This document shows positions 13,185 to 25,042 of a stretch of DNA of 64,000 nt, one piece after another (position 1 is the stretch's first letter; each line of letters begins with the position of its first letter). Source of the DNA: Chara braunii. Its lineage: Eukaryota > Plantae > Charophyceae. The stretch lies in NCBI GenBank assembly GCA_003427395.1, contig BFEA01000001.1, positions 1,116,382 through 1,180,381 on the forward strand, in the 5' to 3' direction. The notes beneath the pieces are model-generated. The model did no database searches. It was not told the DNA's origin and saw only the letters and a program-made list of their open reading frames with translations. A program made the translations under genes and the position numbers.

Positions 13185-15091
13185 GTGAAAAGCAGATCAA
13201 AATACATGTTCTCTGGGTCAGAAGTCACATCCTCACTAAGTGAGAAGTTATGTCGAAGGTCACAGTCGTGCCCCAGACGAGCAGTTGCAGCATTCAATTG
13301 TGGGAGTCATAACTGTTCGTCCAGGGGGCTGTGCAAGTCATGTCTGTTTGTGCAGTACATGCAGTCAAAGAGATAAGGTCCCAGTCTAGATCCAAGTCAA
13401 AGAGGGAGTCTAGATGCAGACTGGAAGTCCGAAATTCAGGCCTGAAGGCCGCAGCAGTAGCAGACCCTGAGGGAAAGGTACTGGGACACATTCTGCAGTG
13501 GTCTGGGACTGGGGAAAGACCCAAGGAAGACTGATTTAGACCTCACGAAGGGAGGCCTGCACTATAAGAGACCAGGCCAGCCTCCCTACACGACAGATCT
13601 CCACTGGCATAGATGCCTGGAAGTGCTGAAGCACTTGTGCGCTAGCATGCAGGGAGAATGCGCTGGCTGGAAGCTGCGCAAGCAGGAGAAGAAGAGGCTG
13701 GGCGCTAACTGGCAGCATTATTAGTAGAAGTAGAGGGGTTAGTAGTAGACATCAGTGAGTAGCATTCAGAGTAGATCCTCATAAGTAGGGAGTGAGCATG
13801 CAGAGTGAGACAAGGGAACCAAGACAGGGATCTCGAGAGGGAGAGAGAGAGAAGACAGGTTAAGGAGTTGGATATGGTGGATACTTACCTGTCGGCGCCA
13901 TACCTGTGATCTGAGGGCAGACGCTGGCTGAGCCAGGCCCCATGCTGATGATTGAACGAGAGAGACTTATATACTCTGTTGGCGCTGAACTCTTGGACTC
14001 GAGATACTCTTTGTACAATGTTGTTGTGATAATATGAGCTGCGCTATCTGGTTCTCATCTCATCTCGATTTGGCTTCGTGTGAAGTTTCTCTATCTGTGT
14101 GATGACATCTATGCATGCAATGAAATACACTCCAGCAAGCTATGAACAGTCAGGTTCCTTGCACTATTTTTTTTTTTGTACAGGGCACTGCTTCTGGAGA
14201 TCTCTTTTGGACTATTTTAGTTTTTTCTTTTCTTACTGAGCCCTTTAGGATTATTTTCTAGGCTGGGCCGTTGCCCGCCCAGGCACGCCCGGCCAGGCAT
14301 GCCTGGGCCAGCTGGGCCGGGGGGGGTTGCCCGGCAAAACCAGGCAGGTCAAAAAAGAGGGAAGGATCGCCAAAAAAAAAAAAAATGAGGTCAGGCCAGG
14401 ACTGCGCTCGGCGGGAGCAGTCAGAATCCCGCGTTACCTTCCATTTCGGTGGTGGGTCACCCAGGACTGTTTGGGGCTATAAAGTTACTCTAAACAGTGA
14501 CTAGAGGGGTTTAAAAGAGTATATCTTACCTCATTTTTCCTCATTTATTTTTATCTTTAAATTAATAAGGAATTTCGTGGGGACCTCAGCCAAAAGTTGC
14601 TTCTACAGTTCTACTGCAATTTTATACAACATATATTTTTTTAATTTTTCCAGATAATTTTGATTTTTTTATTTTTTTAAATATTATGCGCTGGGGCTGC
14701 CCGGGACCCTGCCTGGCCACTGCCCGGTAAGGGCCGCCCGGGAGGGTACCCAGGCGACCTTCCCCCAGCAGGGCCGCCTGGGGACCAGCCTAGATTATTT
14801 TTCTTTTCTTACTGGGCCCGTTAGGATTATTTTTCTTTTCTTACTGGGCCCCTTAGGATTTTTTTTTTTTCCTTACTGGGCCCTAACTTCCAGAACTCTC
14901 TTTTGGAACCCTTGTTAGACCTTTGGCACTACAGTGCCCACCTGCGCGCTCCTTGCAACTGTGCCCTTTTGGTTTATTTTTCTTTTCTTACTGGGCCCTA
15001 ACTTCCAGAACTGTCTTTTGGACCCCTTGTTAGACCTTTGGCACAACAGTGCCGACCTGCACGCTCCTTGCAAACTGGAAAACTGTGCACA
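13185..15091 (+). mobile_element. Solo-LTR-like unit 2, related to unit 1, with a MITE and short tandem repeats inside
   Basis: Collinear similarity to 12200-13110. ~33-bp ttaggattatttttcttttcttactgggccc repeats at 14210-14885 and a ~115-bp duplication (14870-14960 / 14985-15075). Boundaries approximate. Confidence 0.4.
14261..14790. mobile_element. MITE (530 bp) with GC-rich termini
   Basis: ggctgg...ccagcc terminal inverted repeats, TA on both sides (cta|...|tag), GC-rich subtermini and AT-rich core. Interrupts the 33-bp tandem repeat. Confidence 0.65.
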
Positions 15092-15551
15092 AGTAAAATA
15101 GGTGTCAGGCAGCCGCTTTGCAAGCAGCGATGACATACCTTAGCAATACAATCCCGTGCTGCCTCAATTCCCAGACAAAGCCCCACTTGACAAACATTCA
15201 TCGGACAGCTTTTGGCCCAATCAACCATGTCATAGACTCCATGGGCGGAGCATATGCGGGCAACCTCTCCAATGACTTGCCGATCTTTCTTTGCCCTCAC
15301 AAATACATCGACAACCAACTCTCCTCCTTTCCTGCAGCCTGGTACACTGCTGCTGGAATGATCCTCCCACATAATGTCAGCACGTAGAATCCGCGGGCTC
15401 CCTGAAGAAGGATGGAACAACACCATGTGAGCAGAAATTGAGAGACGCTGCTTGCTCTTTCATTTTCAATTAAAAGAAACAACTCGACACAAATCTGCAT
15501 CCTGAAATTTGAACCAATGCACCGTATATTACACCTATAAAATTTTTGATC

Positions 15552-16745
15552 TGAGAATCAGGCCCAAAGCCAAGGCTTTTTGGCAGGTGTTTAGGACTCT
15601 GAAAGACTTTCCACAGCTTCTGCAGCAGTAAGACTTAATCCCTGGCACTACTGGCACGCTGCATAGGATCACAAACAACACAGCACTGAACAGGACTTGT
15701 TGAATACGGTTTAGGAACTCAAAACTCTTCGAGCAGGAAACACTGACATTGCACGAGCTGCTTATGCAATAACATGCTCAGTATGCCCTGTTTGCCTGAG
15801 GGGCACAGGCAGGCCACGACCCCGGCCTAAGGCCACGACGACCAGGGGGAGGAAAACCCCCAGAAAGGGCTTCGGGGCCTTGACGCCCGACAGTTGACTT
15901 TGGTCAACTTACCAGCGGCCCACGAGTCAAAGTCTGTATGGACCCAGCCCAGGCCGCCGGTCAGACACACACACTTGTTTGTATGCAGGTACCAAGGCAG
16001 CATTTCAACCAAGTGGAAGTCTGCAACTGTATAAGATCCGGGTCATCGGCTGTGAGTCAATCTGAGTCGCTGTGGGTGGGAGACCGAGGCAGGTCAACCT
16101 TGTCAATTGCTACATAAGGCCCTGCCTCCAGGGAGTCAACATTCAGTCTTGCTATGCTGACTTGACGCTAGCTGGACGCTGGCTGGACGCTGGCTTGACG
16201 CTGGCTCGATGCTGGCACTGAGGAGAATGACGCGAGACTGCTGCTTGCTTGCTGGCACCTTCCTGTCTTGGCGCCAGCCTCTGCTGACGTGGCACAAGCC
16301 ATGCTGTCTTCGACATTGCTGATGTGGCACATGCCACTCTGTCTTCTTTGCTGACGTGGCACATGCCACATTGTCTTCATTGCTGAGTTGGACGCGACCA
16401 GGAGGGAGATCGGGATCTGTCAATGATTGAGTGAGAGAGAGGATACTTACCTGCAGTTGATGTCGATACTGTGCGCTGCTGACGTCTTCACGGGAGAACT
16501 GTGCCACATGACACTCTGATGTGGTCAGGCCCTATCAGGCTCGTTATTGGACACTGTTTGCTGACGTGGAGGCGAGGGAAGCCCGGAGAAGGAGGGGGAA
16601 ATGTTGGGCAACTCTCTCTGTGGTCATTGATGGGCACTTACTTTTCCACCCTCTAAACTGTCTATTCCGTCTCTCTCCTCTTCGTCCATTGTTTACGAGA
16701 CATTGTATTACAGATCAAATTCATGATTATTGGAGAGATCATTCA
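15552..16745 (+). mobile_element. Solo-LTR-like unit 3 with internal gctgacgtggcaca sub-repeats
   Basis: Architecture resembles the neighbouring LTRs (aggcc-rich 5' part, GA tract followed by atacttacctg). Sub-repeats at 16150-16390. No TSD. Confidence 0.3.
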
Positions 16746-16810
16746 GCACTGAGTTTTCTTGTGCTTCGACACTTGACGAGTATCCTCCAGACTGGGTTCA
16801 TTACACTTAC

Positions 16811-16903
16811 CTACTACTACCGCTACTGCTACTACCGCCACTGCTACTATACTACTACTGCTACCGATACTGCTACTGCTACTGCTACTGCTACTGCTAC
16901 TAC
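16811..16903. repeat. (CTA)/(CTACTG)n microsatellite
   Basis: Direct reading. Confidence 0.9.
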
Positions 16904-17971
16904 CGAACTTGGGAAATGGACTTCAATCCTTCATCACACAATTTCATCTGCTGAACCTAATTGCGGCCATGGATAGAGTCTGTTAGAGACTCTCAACCCA
17001 AAAAGCAATGGCGCCACAAAAGCCGATACCAGATGATCACAAAGATGAAATTGTGTGCTGGCCCTGCAGGGCTTCATACCATCGAGGTCCCAAAATGAAA
17101 ATTCCTTCTGTGTCGGAGTAAATTTCCATCTCCCTGACATGGTGGGCTCAGGTGCCTTACTGAAACATATCAGGGATGTGCACTCTTCCACTTTTGGCTT
17201 ATCAATGGTCCCTCAACAGAAAGGGATGAAGCACCGGGTCGACAATCATCATCTTGATGATCTACAAAGCTTAGCTGGGGTTGTTGCCTAACGAGTGTTT
17301 TCTTTGATTTACTTCAGCCTCTCGCTCAACTCACTCACCCGAAGACTGGAACTACGAAACCAATCTGCCATAAAGGGCTTGTTGTTTTCCCTATCCCTAT
17401 ATTACTAAAGCAAACAACGGTCCTCGCGTGGGCCCCAACAGAAACCGGGCGGCTCCGCGCAGGACCAGTTACGGTTTGCGGCCAAGCGGGCACCAGTGGA
17501 ACACGGGGTGAGGGAGCTGCGCGGGGGTGATTACGGCCAGCGGCCAAGCGGGGACCAGTTGTTACACGCCCAGTTGGGCGATGTACATAATAACCGAGGA
17601 TCCTGAATGTGATAAAAAGGACTGAATGGACAATGCAGTGCAAGTGAAATCTCAACAAGCAGTGTACATTCTGATACATACAAAATGGTGCTTTATAGTG
17701 CAGGGAAGACTTAGATACATGTCCTGACCTGACCGGGACTGACCTCTTTCGTGTAGTACAAGATAGCGCAGCAGAATACTAGAATACTAATGACTAGCCC
17801 CATCAATGTTACAACGCAGACCAAACATACATCATTCTCACCACACGGTGTGAAGGGAGCCTGGCGCTATACACAGGAAGAGGCGCCAGGTCCAGTTCAT
17901 GCACAGACGAAGAGGAGGGGATAGACGGAGAAGAGGAGGGGAGAGATGGGAAAGTCGTCAACACCAAGTCT

Positions 17972-18038
17972 CGTTACAAGTCCCAAATAATCCCTCGTCA
18001 AAATGTAAGTCCAATGTCGAGTCTGGATCCTAAGGTCA

Positions 18039-18116
<78 letters not shown>
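17972..18116 (-). repeat. Distal end of the minus-strand LTR that starts at 20564, with expanded (CT)n at 18044-18116
   Basis: cgttacaagtcccaaataatccctcgtcaaaatgt...gtcaccaagctctc is the reverse complement of the LTR end at 19685-19767. Confidence 0.75.
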
Positions 18117-18819
18117 NNNNNNNNNNNNNNNNNNNNNNNNNNNNNNNNNNNNNNNNNNNNNNNNNNNNNNNNNNNNNNNNNNNNNNNNNNNNNNNNNNNN
18201 NNNNNNNNNNNNNNNNNNNNNNNNNNNNNNNNNNNNNNNNNNNNNNNNNNNNNNNNNNNNNNNNNNNNNNNNNNNNNNNNNNNNNNNNNNNNNNNNNNNN
18301 NNNNNNNNNNNNNNNNNNNNNNNNNNNNNNNNNNNNNNNNNNNNNNNNNNNNNNNNNNNNNNNNNNNNNNNNNNNNNNNNNNNNNNNNNNNNNNNNNNNN
18401 NNNNNNNNNNNNNNNNNNNNNNNNNNNNNNNNNNNNNNNNNNNNNNNNNNNNNNNNNNNNNNNNNNNNNNNNNNNNNNNNNNNNNNNNNNNNNNNNNNNN
18501 NNNNNNNNNNNNNNNNNNNNNNNNNNNNNNNNNNNNNNNNNNNNNNNNNNNNNNNNNNNNNNNNNNNNNNNNNNNNNNNNNNNNNNNNNNNNNNNNNNNN
18601 NNNNNNNNNNNNNNNNNNNNNNNNNNNNNNNNNNNNNNNNNNNNNNNNNNNNNNNNNNNNNNNNNNNNNNNNNNNNNNNNNNNNNNNNNNNNNNNNNNNN
18701 NNNNNNNNNNNNNNNNNNNNNNNNNNNNNNNNNNNNNNNNNNNNNNNNNNNNNNNNNNNNNNNNNNNNNNNNNNNNNNNNNNNNNNNNNNNNNNNNNNNN
18801 NNNNNNNNNNNNNNNNNNN
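18117..18819. other. Assembly gap (703 N)
   Basis: Run of N. Confidence 1.
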
Positions 18820-18895
18820 ACTACCAGAAAAAGGGAAAGAACGGGACCCAGGCTCGGCAAAAGTCGGCGCGCAGTGAAAATCAGGGTCAGCAAAA

Positions 18896-19769
18896 TGTTA
18901 CATGCTGCGCCTGCAACAGGCTGCACAGGCCACTTTTCAGGCCCGTGACGTTTTCAGGCCAAAAGCCTTAAAACAAGGGCCTACAGGCCCTGTGTCGTTT
19001 CAGCCTGAAAGCCTGAAAACAAGGGCCTACAGGCCCTGTGTCATTTCAGGCTAAATCAGGGCCTTTGCGGCCCTGAGTATTTTCAGCCTGAAACTGAGGG
19101 CCATTTTCAGGCCCTCACCAGTCCGACCCGCCCTGAAACTCAGGCAACAAACCAGGGTTTTAGCACAGGCCATTACAGGCCTGTTTTCAAGACAACGCCT
19201 GGTTGAGCTTCAACGCCAGGGTCTGGCACGTTTTGGCATTGGCAAGAGCAGCCTCCTGGACGGGCCAGCACTATATAGGACTGGCCCGCCCTGCACTTCA
19301 CGTGCAGTTCAGGAGGCAGGAGGTAGTCTTCAGGATTCGGCAGCAGCACTCTAGAGGAGCGCTGCAGGAGTAGTCGTAGCGCTAGCAGTAGTCTTCATCG
19401 CTGGGCGCTAGTAGCGTTAGCAGTAGTCTTCAGCGCTGGGCGCCATAGGAGCTAGAGTCGTACTAGAGAAAGAGAGATTGGGCGGAGGCCAGGGATACCT
19501 ACCTGCAGCGCCATAGCTCCAGCTTCGCCTTCGAGGTACCCGCAGCACAGCGCCATCTTCACAGGTTAGTACCTGGCATATGAGAGAGAGAGAGAGAGAG
19601 TCCTTCTTCTTCCTCTTCTCAGTCCACCATCTCGCTCTCACCCTCTCGCTACCTGACTTCACTGCATCAGCAGACTACGAGAGACAGAGAGAGCTTGGTG
19701 ACATTTGGATCCAGACTCAACATTTGGGCTTCAGACATTTTGACGAGGGATTATTTGGGACTCGTAAAA
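18896..19769 (+). mobile_element. Solo LTR of the second chromovirus family, opposite in orientation to the LTR around it
   Basis: Starts tgttacatgctgcgcctg and ends gggactcgtaa before a poly(A) run. Inverted copy of 19781-20564. Confidence 0.8.
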
Positions 19770-19780
19770 AAAAAAAAAAA

Positions 19781-20564
19781 GATAACGAGAGGGTGAGAGG
19801 GAGATGGTGGACTGAGAAGAGGAAGAAGAAGAACTCTCTCTCTCTCGTATGCCAGGTACTAACCTGTGAAGGTGGCGCTGTGCTGCAGGTACCTCGAAGA
19901 GGAAGCTGGAGCGATGGCGCTGCAGGTAAGTCCCTCTAGCCTCCACCCAATCTCTCTCTCTATAGTACTACTCTAGCTGCTATGCCGCCCAGCGCTGAAG
20001 ACTACAGCTAACGCTACTAGCGCCCAGCGCTGAAGACTACTGCTAACGCTACTACTACTCCTGCAGCGCTCCTCCAGAGTGCTGCTGCCGAATCCTGAAG
20101 ACTACCTCCTGCCTCCTGAACTGCACGTGAAGTGCCTGGGAAGTACCTAGGAACTACCTGCCTGCCTGCAGGGCGGGCCAGGCCTACATAGTGCTGGCCC
20201 GTCCAGGAGGCTGCACTTGCCAATGCCGAAACGTGCCAGACCCTGGCGTTGAAGCTCAACCAGGGGTTGTCTTGAAAACAGGCCCGAAATGGCCTGTGCT
20301 AAAACCCTGGTTTGTTGCCTGAGTTTCAGGGCAGGTTGAACTGACGAGGGGCCGAAAATGGCCCTCAGTTTCAGGCTGAAAACACTCAGGGCCGGAAAGG
20401 CCCTGATTTAGCCTGAAACGACACAGGGCCTATAGGCCCTTGTTTCAGGCTTTCAGGCTGAAACAACACAGGGCCTTTAGGCCCTTGTTTTCAGGCTTTT
20501 GGCCTGAAAACGTCACGGGCCTGGAAATGGCCCGTGCAGCCTGTTGCAGGCGCAGCATGTAACA
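19781..20564 (-). repeat. 3' LTR (proximal part) of the second chromovirus
   Basis: Minus strand begins TGTTACA directly after a G9 polypurine tract (20565-20573) that follows the chromodomain ORF. Confidence 0.88.
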
Positions 20565-20576
20565 CCCCCCCCCTTC

Positions 20577-21173
20577 TTATGAAGTCAAGCCGGGTCGAGG
20601 GCGAAGCTGACGATCTGAAGGTGGAACCTGGACGCTGGTGCGAGGTGGAGCCGAAGATACCGGCTTGCCTTGCATTTTGCGTTCGTAGCGTGCGAGAACT
20701 TCCGGAGCCGTTGCTTGGAGTTCCGCACGGGTCAACCAACGGTCAGCTTTGTGAGTGCAGTACGCAAAATATACCAAGTACTCGGTTGGCCTGTTGCCGT
20801 AACGTCGCTGGGAGATGATGTTGCCGACCTCCTGAAAACCGTCCATAGAGGGTGGGTCTTGCGATCGTCGCCTGAGAAAATCGTCATGTTCCACTGGCAT
20901 GTAAAGAGCCAACTTGGAGCAATGAACACTGGGTACGGGCAAGTGGCGGGCACCTGAATGGTGAAGGAAGGTCCTTCGGGTACATCCCCAGCGGGTGCCA
21001 TGATCGGCTAGGGCCCCATCCATTTCGGGAGGAGCTTAGGAGAGATATCTTGTTCAAGGCTGAATTCCGCGGTGGAAACCCAAACGAGATAACCGGCGCG
21101 GAATGGGCAAGGAAGACGCTGGCGATTGGCCTGTTGGCTCATGCGTTGCTGCGTCTTAGCCATCTGGTCGCGT
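20577..21173 (-). pseudogene. Ty3/gypsy integrase C-terminus plus chromodomain (host of the nested 18 kb element; continues at 39193-39275)
   Basis: QQRMSQQANRQR..FRAGYLVWV..SPKLLPKWMGP, YPVFIAP, and EVGNIISQRRYGNRPTEYLVYF...DRWLT chromodomain. Confidence 0.88.
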
Positions 21174-21659
21174 TGTCGACCAGTAGAAGTGTTATGTCGG
21201 CGCACCGTCCAAACCCTATACCTCGCGCCGCGTCTGTCACCCACGGGAGGGCTGGTCGGGGCTCTTGTAACCTGCACAATCCACGTTAGTCCTCAACCAT
21301 ACAAAAGTCGACTTCGACCGACTCCACGTCTCATGTACACAAGTCTCACAAGGCAGGGACATATGAACGAGCATTTTCATTCAATCCAAAACAATGGGGT
21401 TCTCAACACTGTTTCCAGCCTCGGGTGAAAATCTCGTCTAGGGGGGAGAAATCGGTTTGGGTAGCTACGGATCTCTTCTGCACTCTGAGCCTGATCCTCC
21501 TCCCAATCGGATGTCAGCGATACCGGGCGCGACGGTCCCAGGGGACCGTACTAGAGCTCTCCGTGTTAGAGGTCGCTTCCCGTGCCCATTGGGGCCAAAG
21601 CTCGAGGTCTACTGTGACCATGCCTTCTTGTAATAGCGTCAATTCCCGTCCCTCACAAA

Positions 21660-22230
21660 GGCCCCGAATGTACCAGGTTTGGTGGCCCGGCTCAGAATGT
21701 ACCCTTTCGGAAGGCTCGGTTCAGAATGTACCCCTTCGGAAGACCCGATTCAGAATGTACCCCTTCGGAAGGCCCGGCTCAGAATGTACCCCATCGGAAG
21801 GCCCGGCTCAGAATGTACCCCATCGGAAGGCCCGGCTCAGAATGTCCCCTTTCGGAAAGCCCGCTTCACGAAAGTACCTCTTTGGAAGACCCGGTTCAGA
21901 ATGTATCCTTTCGGAAAGCCCGCTTCACGAAAGTACCTCTTTGGAAGACCCGGTTCAGAATGTCCCCTTTCGGAAAGCCCGCTTCACGAAAGTACCTCTT
22001 TGGAAGACCCGGTTCAGAATGTATCCTTTCGGAAAGCCCGCTTCACGAAAGTACCTCTTTGGAAGGCCCGGTTCAGAATGTCCCCTTTCGGAAAGCCCGC
22101 TTCACGAAAGTACCTCTTTGGAAGACCCGGTTCAAAATGTATCCTTTCGGAAAGCCCGCTTCACGAAAGTACCTCTTTGGAAGGCCCGGTTCAGAATGTA
22201 TCCTTTCGGAAACCCGCTTCACGAAAGCGC
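21660..22230. repeat. Tandem array of ~29-30-bp units grading into 59-bp dimers (3' LTR only)
   Basis: cccggctcagaatgtacccc.tcggaagg units, then seven ~59-bp units containing ...ggaaagcccgcttcacgaaagtacctctttggaag. Confidence 0.9.
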
Positions 22231-22939
22231 TCCTTTGAAAGGTCCGTCTCGCGACGTCACCACGTTGGGCCCCGGTCGCCGATGTGCCCTTTCCGACCGG
22301 ACAATCGTATGTCCGAACGTCACTCCCTTTGGAAGGTCCGTCTCACGACGTCACCACTTTGGGCCCCGGTCGCCGATGTGCCCTTTCCAACCGCTCAATC
22401 GTTTGTCCGGACATCACGTCCTTCCAAGTGCTCACACAACCCACTCGGTATACCCCTTCTCAAACTGGCAAGTGCCGGCAGCACCCTTTCGTAGCGCCCT
22501 TGTTACGTGCCCTCTCAAACCGGCAAGTGTCCAATGTCCCCGCTCGTAGCATCCCTGAAATGTGCCCCAAAGAAAGCCCGTTTACGGTGTGCCCCTTCGG
22601 TATTCCTCTCCTTTTGCCATACCTTTGTCCTCCTTCGAGCCGCCTTAGAGTCCCCTTTCGGTTGACCTGCTCCCTGAAGCTGTCCCCCTTAAGTCTGCTA
22701 AATTTCCCCCTTCTTCTCCTTGTCGAAGTGCTCCGACCGTCTCCGGTGCCCCTTCGGCGTGCCCTTCAACGCGCGGTGCGTCCCTTTTGAAGTGCGCCCT
22801 CTGTGCCCCGGGCTGTTGTGCGAGGCTGCGCACCCATGCATACGTGGGCGCTGATGTGCGCGGGGGCCGCACGAGGCTGCGCGCGCGCCCAAGTGCATGC
22901 GGGGGCTCCGCACCCAGGTGTGTGTGGGAGGTCACCTGC

Positions 22940-23725
22940 GGTTGCGCGCCCGTATGCCCATCCGCCTAGGCGCAGAGGAGGGATCGCGCGTGGATGCGCG
23001 CCCGTGCGCCCGCCCGCCTAGGTGCGCGGGGGGGGGGGTTGCGAGCGGCTGAGCGCTCGTGCGCCCGTCGCCTAGGTGTGTGGGGGATCGCGCACAGCTG
23101 CGAGCTCCGTGCGAGCGTTCGCTTAGGTGCGCGGGGAGTCGCGCGCGGCTGCGTGCTGCGTGCGCACGTCCGCTTAGGTGCGTGGGAGATCGCGCGCGGC
23201 TGCACGCTCCGTGCTTGCGTCCGCTTAGGTGCGCGGGAGATCGCGCGCGGTTGCACGTTTATGCGCCCTTCCGTCCTGGTGCGCGGGGGATCGCGCGCGG
23301 CTGCGTGGTCCCGGCGCGCATCCGCTTAGGTGTGCTGGAGATCGCGCGTGTCCGCTTAGGTGTGTTGGAGATCGCTCGCGGCTGCACGCTCGTGCGCTCG
23401 TCCGTCTAGGTGCACGGGGGATCACGCACGGCTGCGCGCTCCGTGCGCGCGTCCGTTTAGGTGCGCGGGGAATCGCGCGCGGCTGCGCGCTCCGTGTGCG
23501 CGTCCGCGGGAGATCCCGCGCGGCTGCGCGCTCGTGCGCCTGCTCCGTGCGCGCGTCCGCTTAGGTGCGCGGGGAATCACGCGCAGCTGCGCGCTCCGTG
23601 CGCGCGTCCGCTTAGGTGCGCGAGAGATCACACGCGGTTGTGCGCTCGTGCGCCCGTCCGGCTAGGTGCGCGGGGGATCGCGCGTGGCTGCGCGCTCCGT
23701 GTGCACGTCCTGTGCGCCTTAGTGT
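22940..23725. repeat. GC/CpG-rich ~51-bp tandem array in the 3' LTR
   Basis: Repeating cgcttaggtgcgcgggggatcgcgcgcggctgcgcgctccgtgcgcgcgtc. Confidence 0.9.
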
Positions 23726-24783
23726 GAGCGAGGGAGTTTGGGCGCAGCTGCATGTGCGTCTGTGCGTCTGAGTGCGGCGTGCCCTCCTCCCTTCCCTTCG
23801 TGCGTGTTACCTCCTGTCTCTCCCGTGTGTGTTGCCCGTGCGTCGTTCTTCCCAGGCGTGTTCCCTGTCCCTTGTCCGTGCGTGTTTGAAGTCCGTTCTC
23901 CTTCCCGTGCGTGCTGTCCTCCGTTGTCCTTCGTGCGCCCTCCACTTGTGCATGCGAGAAGTGTCCCGACCCGGAGCCCTTTTCGGCTTTTATGTTTTGC
24001 AAGGCTCCCCCTCCCTGGCTCTCCACTCTTCGGAGGCTGCCCACGAGTTGCAGCGCCCCGGTACCGGGCCTGTGCCCGAGCCTGATTGGGCCCCTGAAAG
24101 GTTTTCAACGACGGGGGCCTTTTGCTCGGGAAGTGGGCCTTTTGCAGCGCCCCGGTACCGAGGCTACTCCCGAGCCTGTCCCGGGCCTATTTGGGCCTAG
24201 GTGGTCCCCCACGCTCAAGCGGTACTGGCCCTTGAGGAAACCGAGCAGGGGCCCCCAAAATTGTAGGCCATAAGGCCCATTTCTGAGCCTTAGGCCGGGA
24301 ACCTCTTTTCCTTGGCACCAAGGCCCGCCTAAAAGGCCGGTCTCCATCATCACCAACACAAGGTGTTCTCGAGATTTGGTCACTCGTGGTAACTTCGGAG
24401 GCTGTCACTGCTCGAGATGCTCGAAGCTTTGCGTCAAGGGCCCGACGCCCTTTTCCTTCTGGCTTTTCCCCGACCCTTGGTGCAATTCTGGCCCTTCACG
24501 GTGGTGCCCTTTGCCCCGAGCCCTTGGCAATCTTCCTGTTGCGGCAGTCTTTCCATGCCCGTCCGCGGCTTAAGCCCGTGTGCACCCCCGCCAGGATGTC
24601 CCCTCCCATGTCCATGGTTCCATCCTTTCCAGATGTCGCGACCGGTACTCGTGGTGTTGTTCTTGTTGGCATAACTTCCGGATCCTGATAGCGGTCCCTG
24701 TCGGTAAAGTAAGTGAGCCGGACCCTTGGCACGAGCCCTTATCGAGGAAGTAAAGGGCGGCATAAGGTTGGAGCCGCCCGACA

Positions 24784-24806
24784 GCAGCGCCCCCCCCTCC
24801 ATTCTC
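24784..24806 (-). promoter_or_regulatory. Polypurine tract
   Basis: Purine run (gagaatgga then a G-run) on the minus strand, a few bases before the 3' LTR. Confidence 0.75.
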
Positions 24807-25042
24807 GGTGTCCCCTGCAAGCCATCTTGGATATCAAGGAAAAAGAGAATGGAGAAAGAGTTGACTCCTAATCTTTACCCATCAACCCAAGATTATCCTC
24901 ATCGCCTCCGTCGGATCCTTTTCTCTTGCTTCTTTTTCTTGTCTCGCTTTTTCTCAATCATCCTCTTTTTAATCCCTAATTGTTTCTTGGCCCTCCGCTG
25001 TCTCCTCTCGCGGCGGTGCTTGTTTTGTCCCTTATCTACTAC

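Larger units (their letters stand above)
21174..24783 (-). repeat. 3' LTR (3610 bp)
   Basis: Minus strand TGTCGGG...GTCGACA. Homologous to 36387-39192. Confidence 0.93.

Noticed and set aside
13881-13891. U1 snRNA gene
   Set aside because: Only the first 11 nt match; no U1 stem-loops or Sm site follow.
14998-15426. LINE ORF1-like fragment with CHRC knuckle
   Set aside because: The knuckle is incomplete and the ORF runs into LTR-like repeats; too weak to call.
18014-18926. 287/296-aa ORFs
   Set aside because: They run through a (CT)n tract and an N gap.
21425-24820. Many overlapping ORFs in the LTR (also 36800-39200)
   Set aside because: By-products of GC-rich tandem repeats that lack stop codons.
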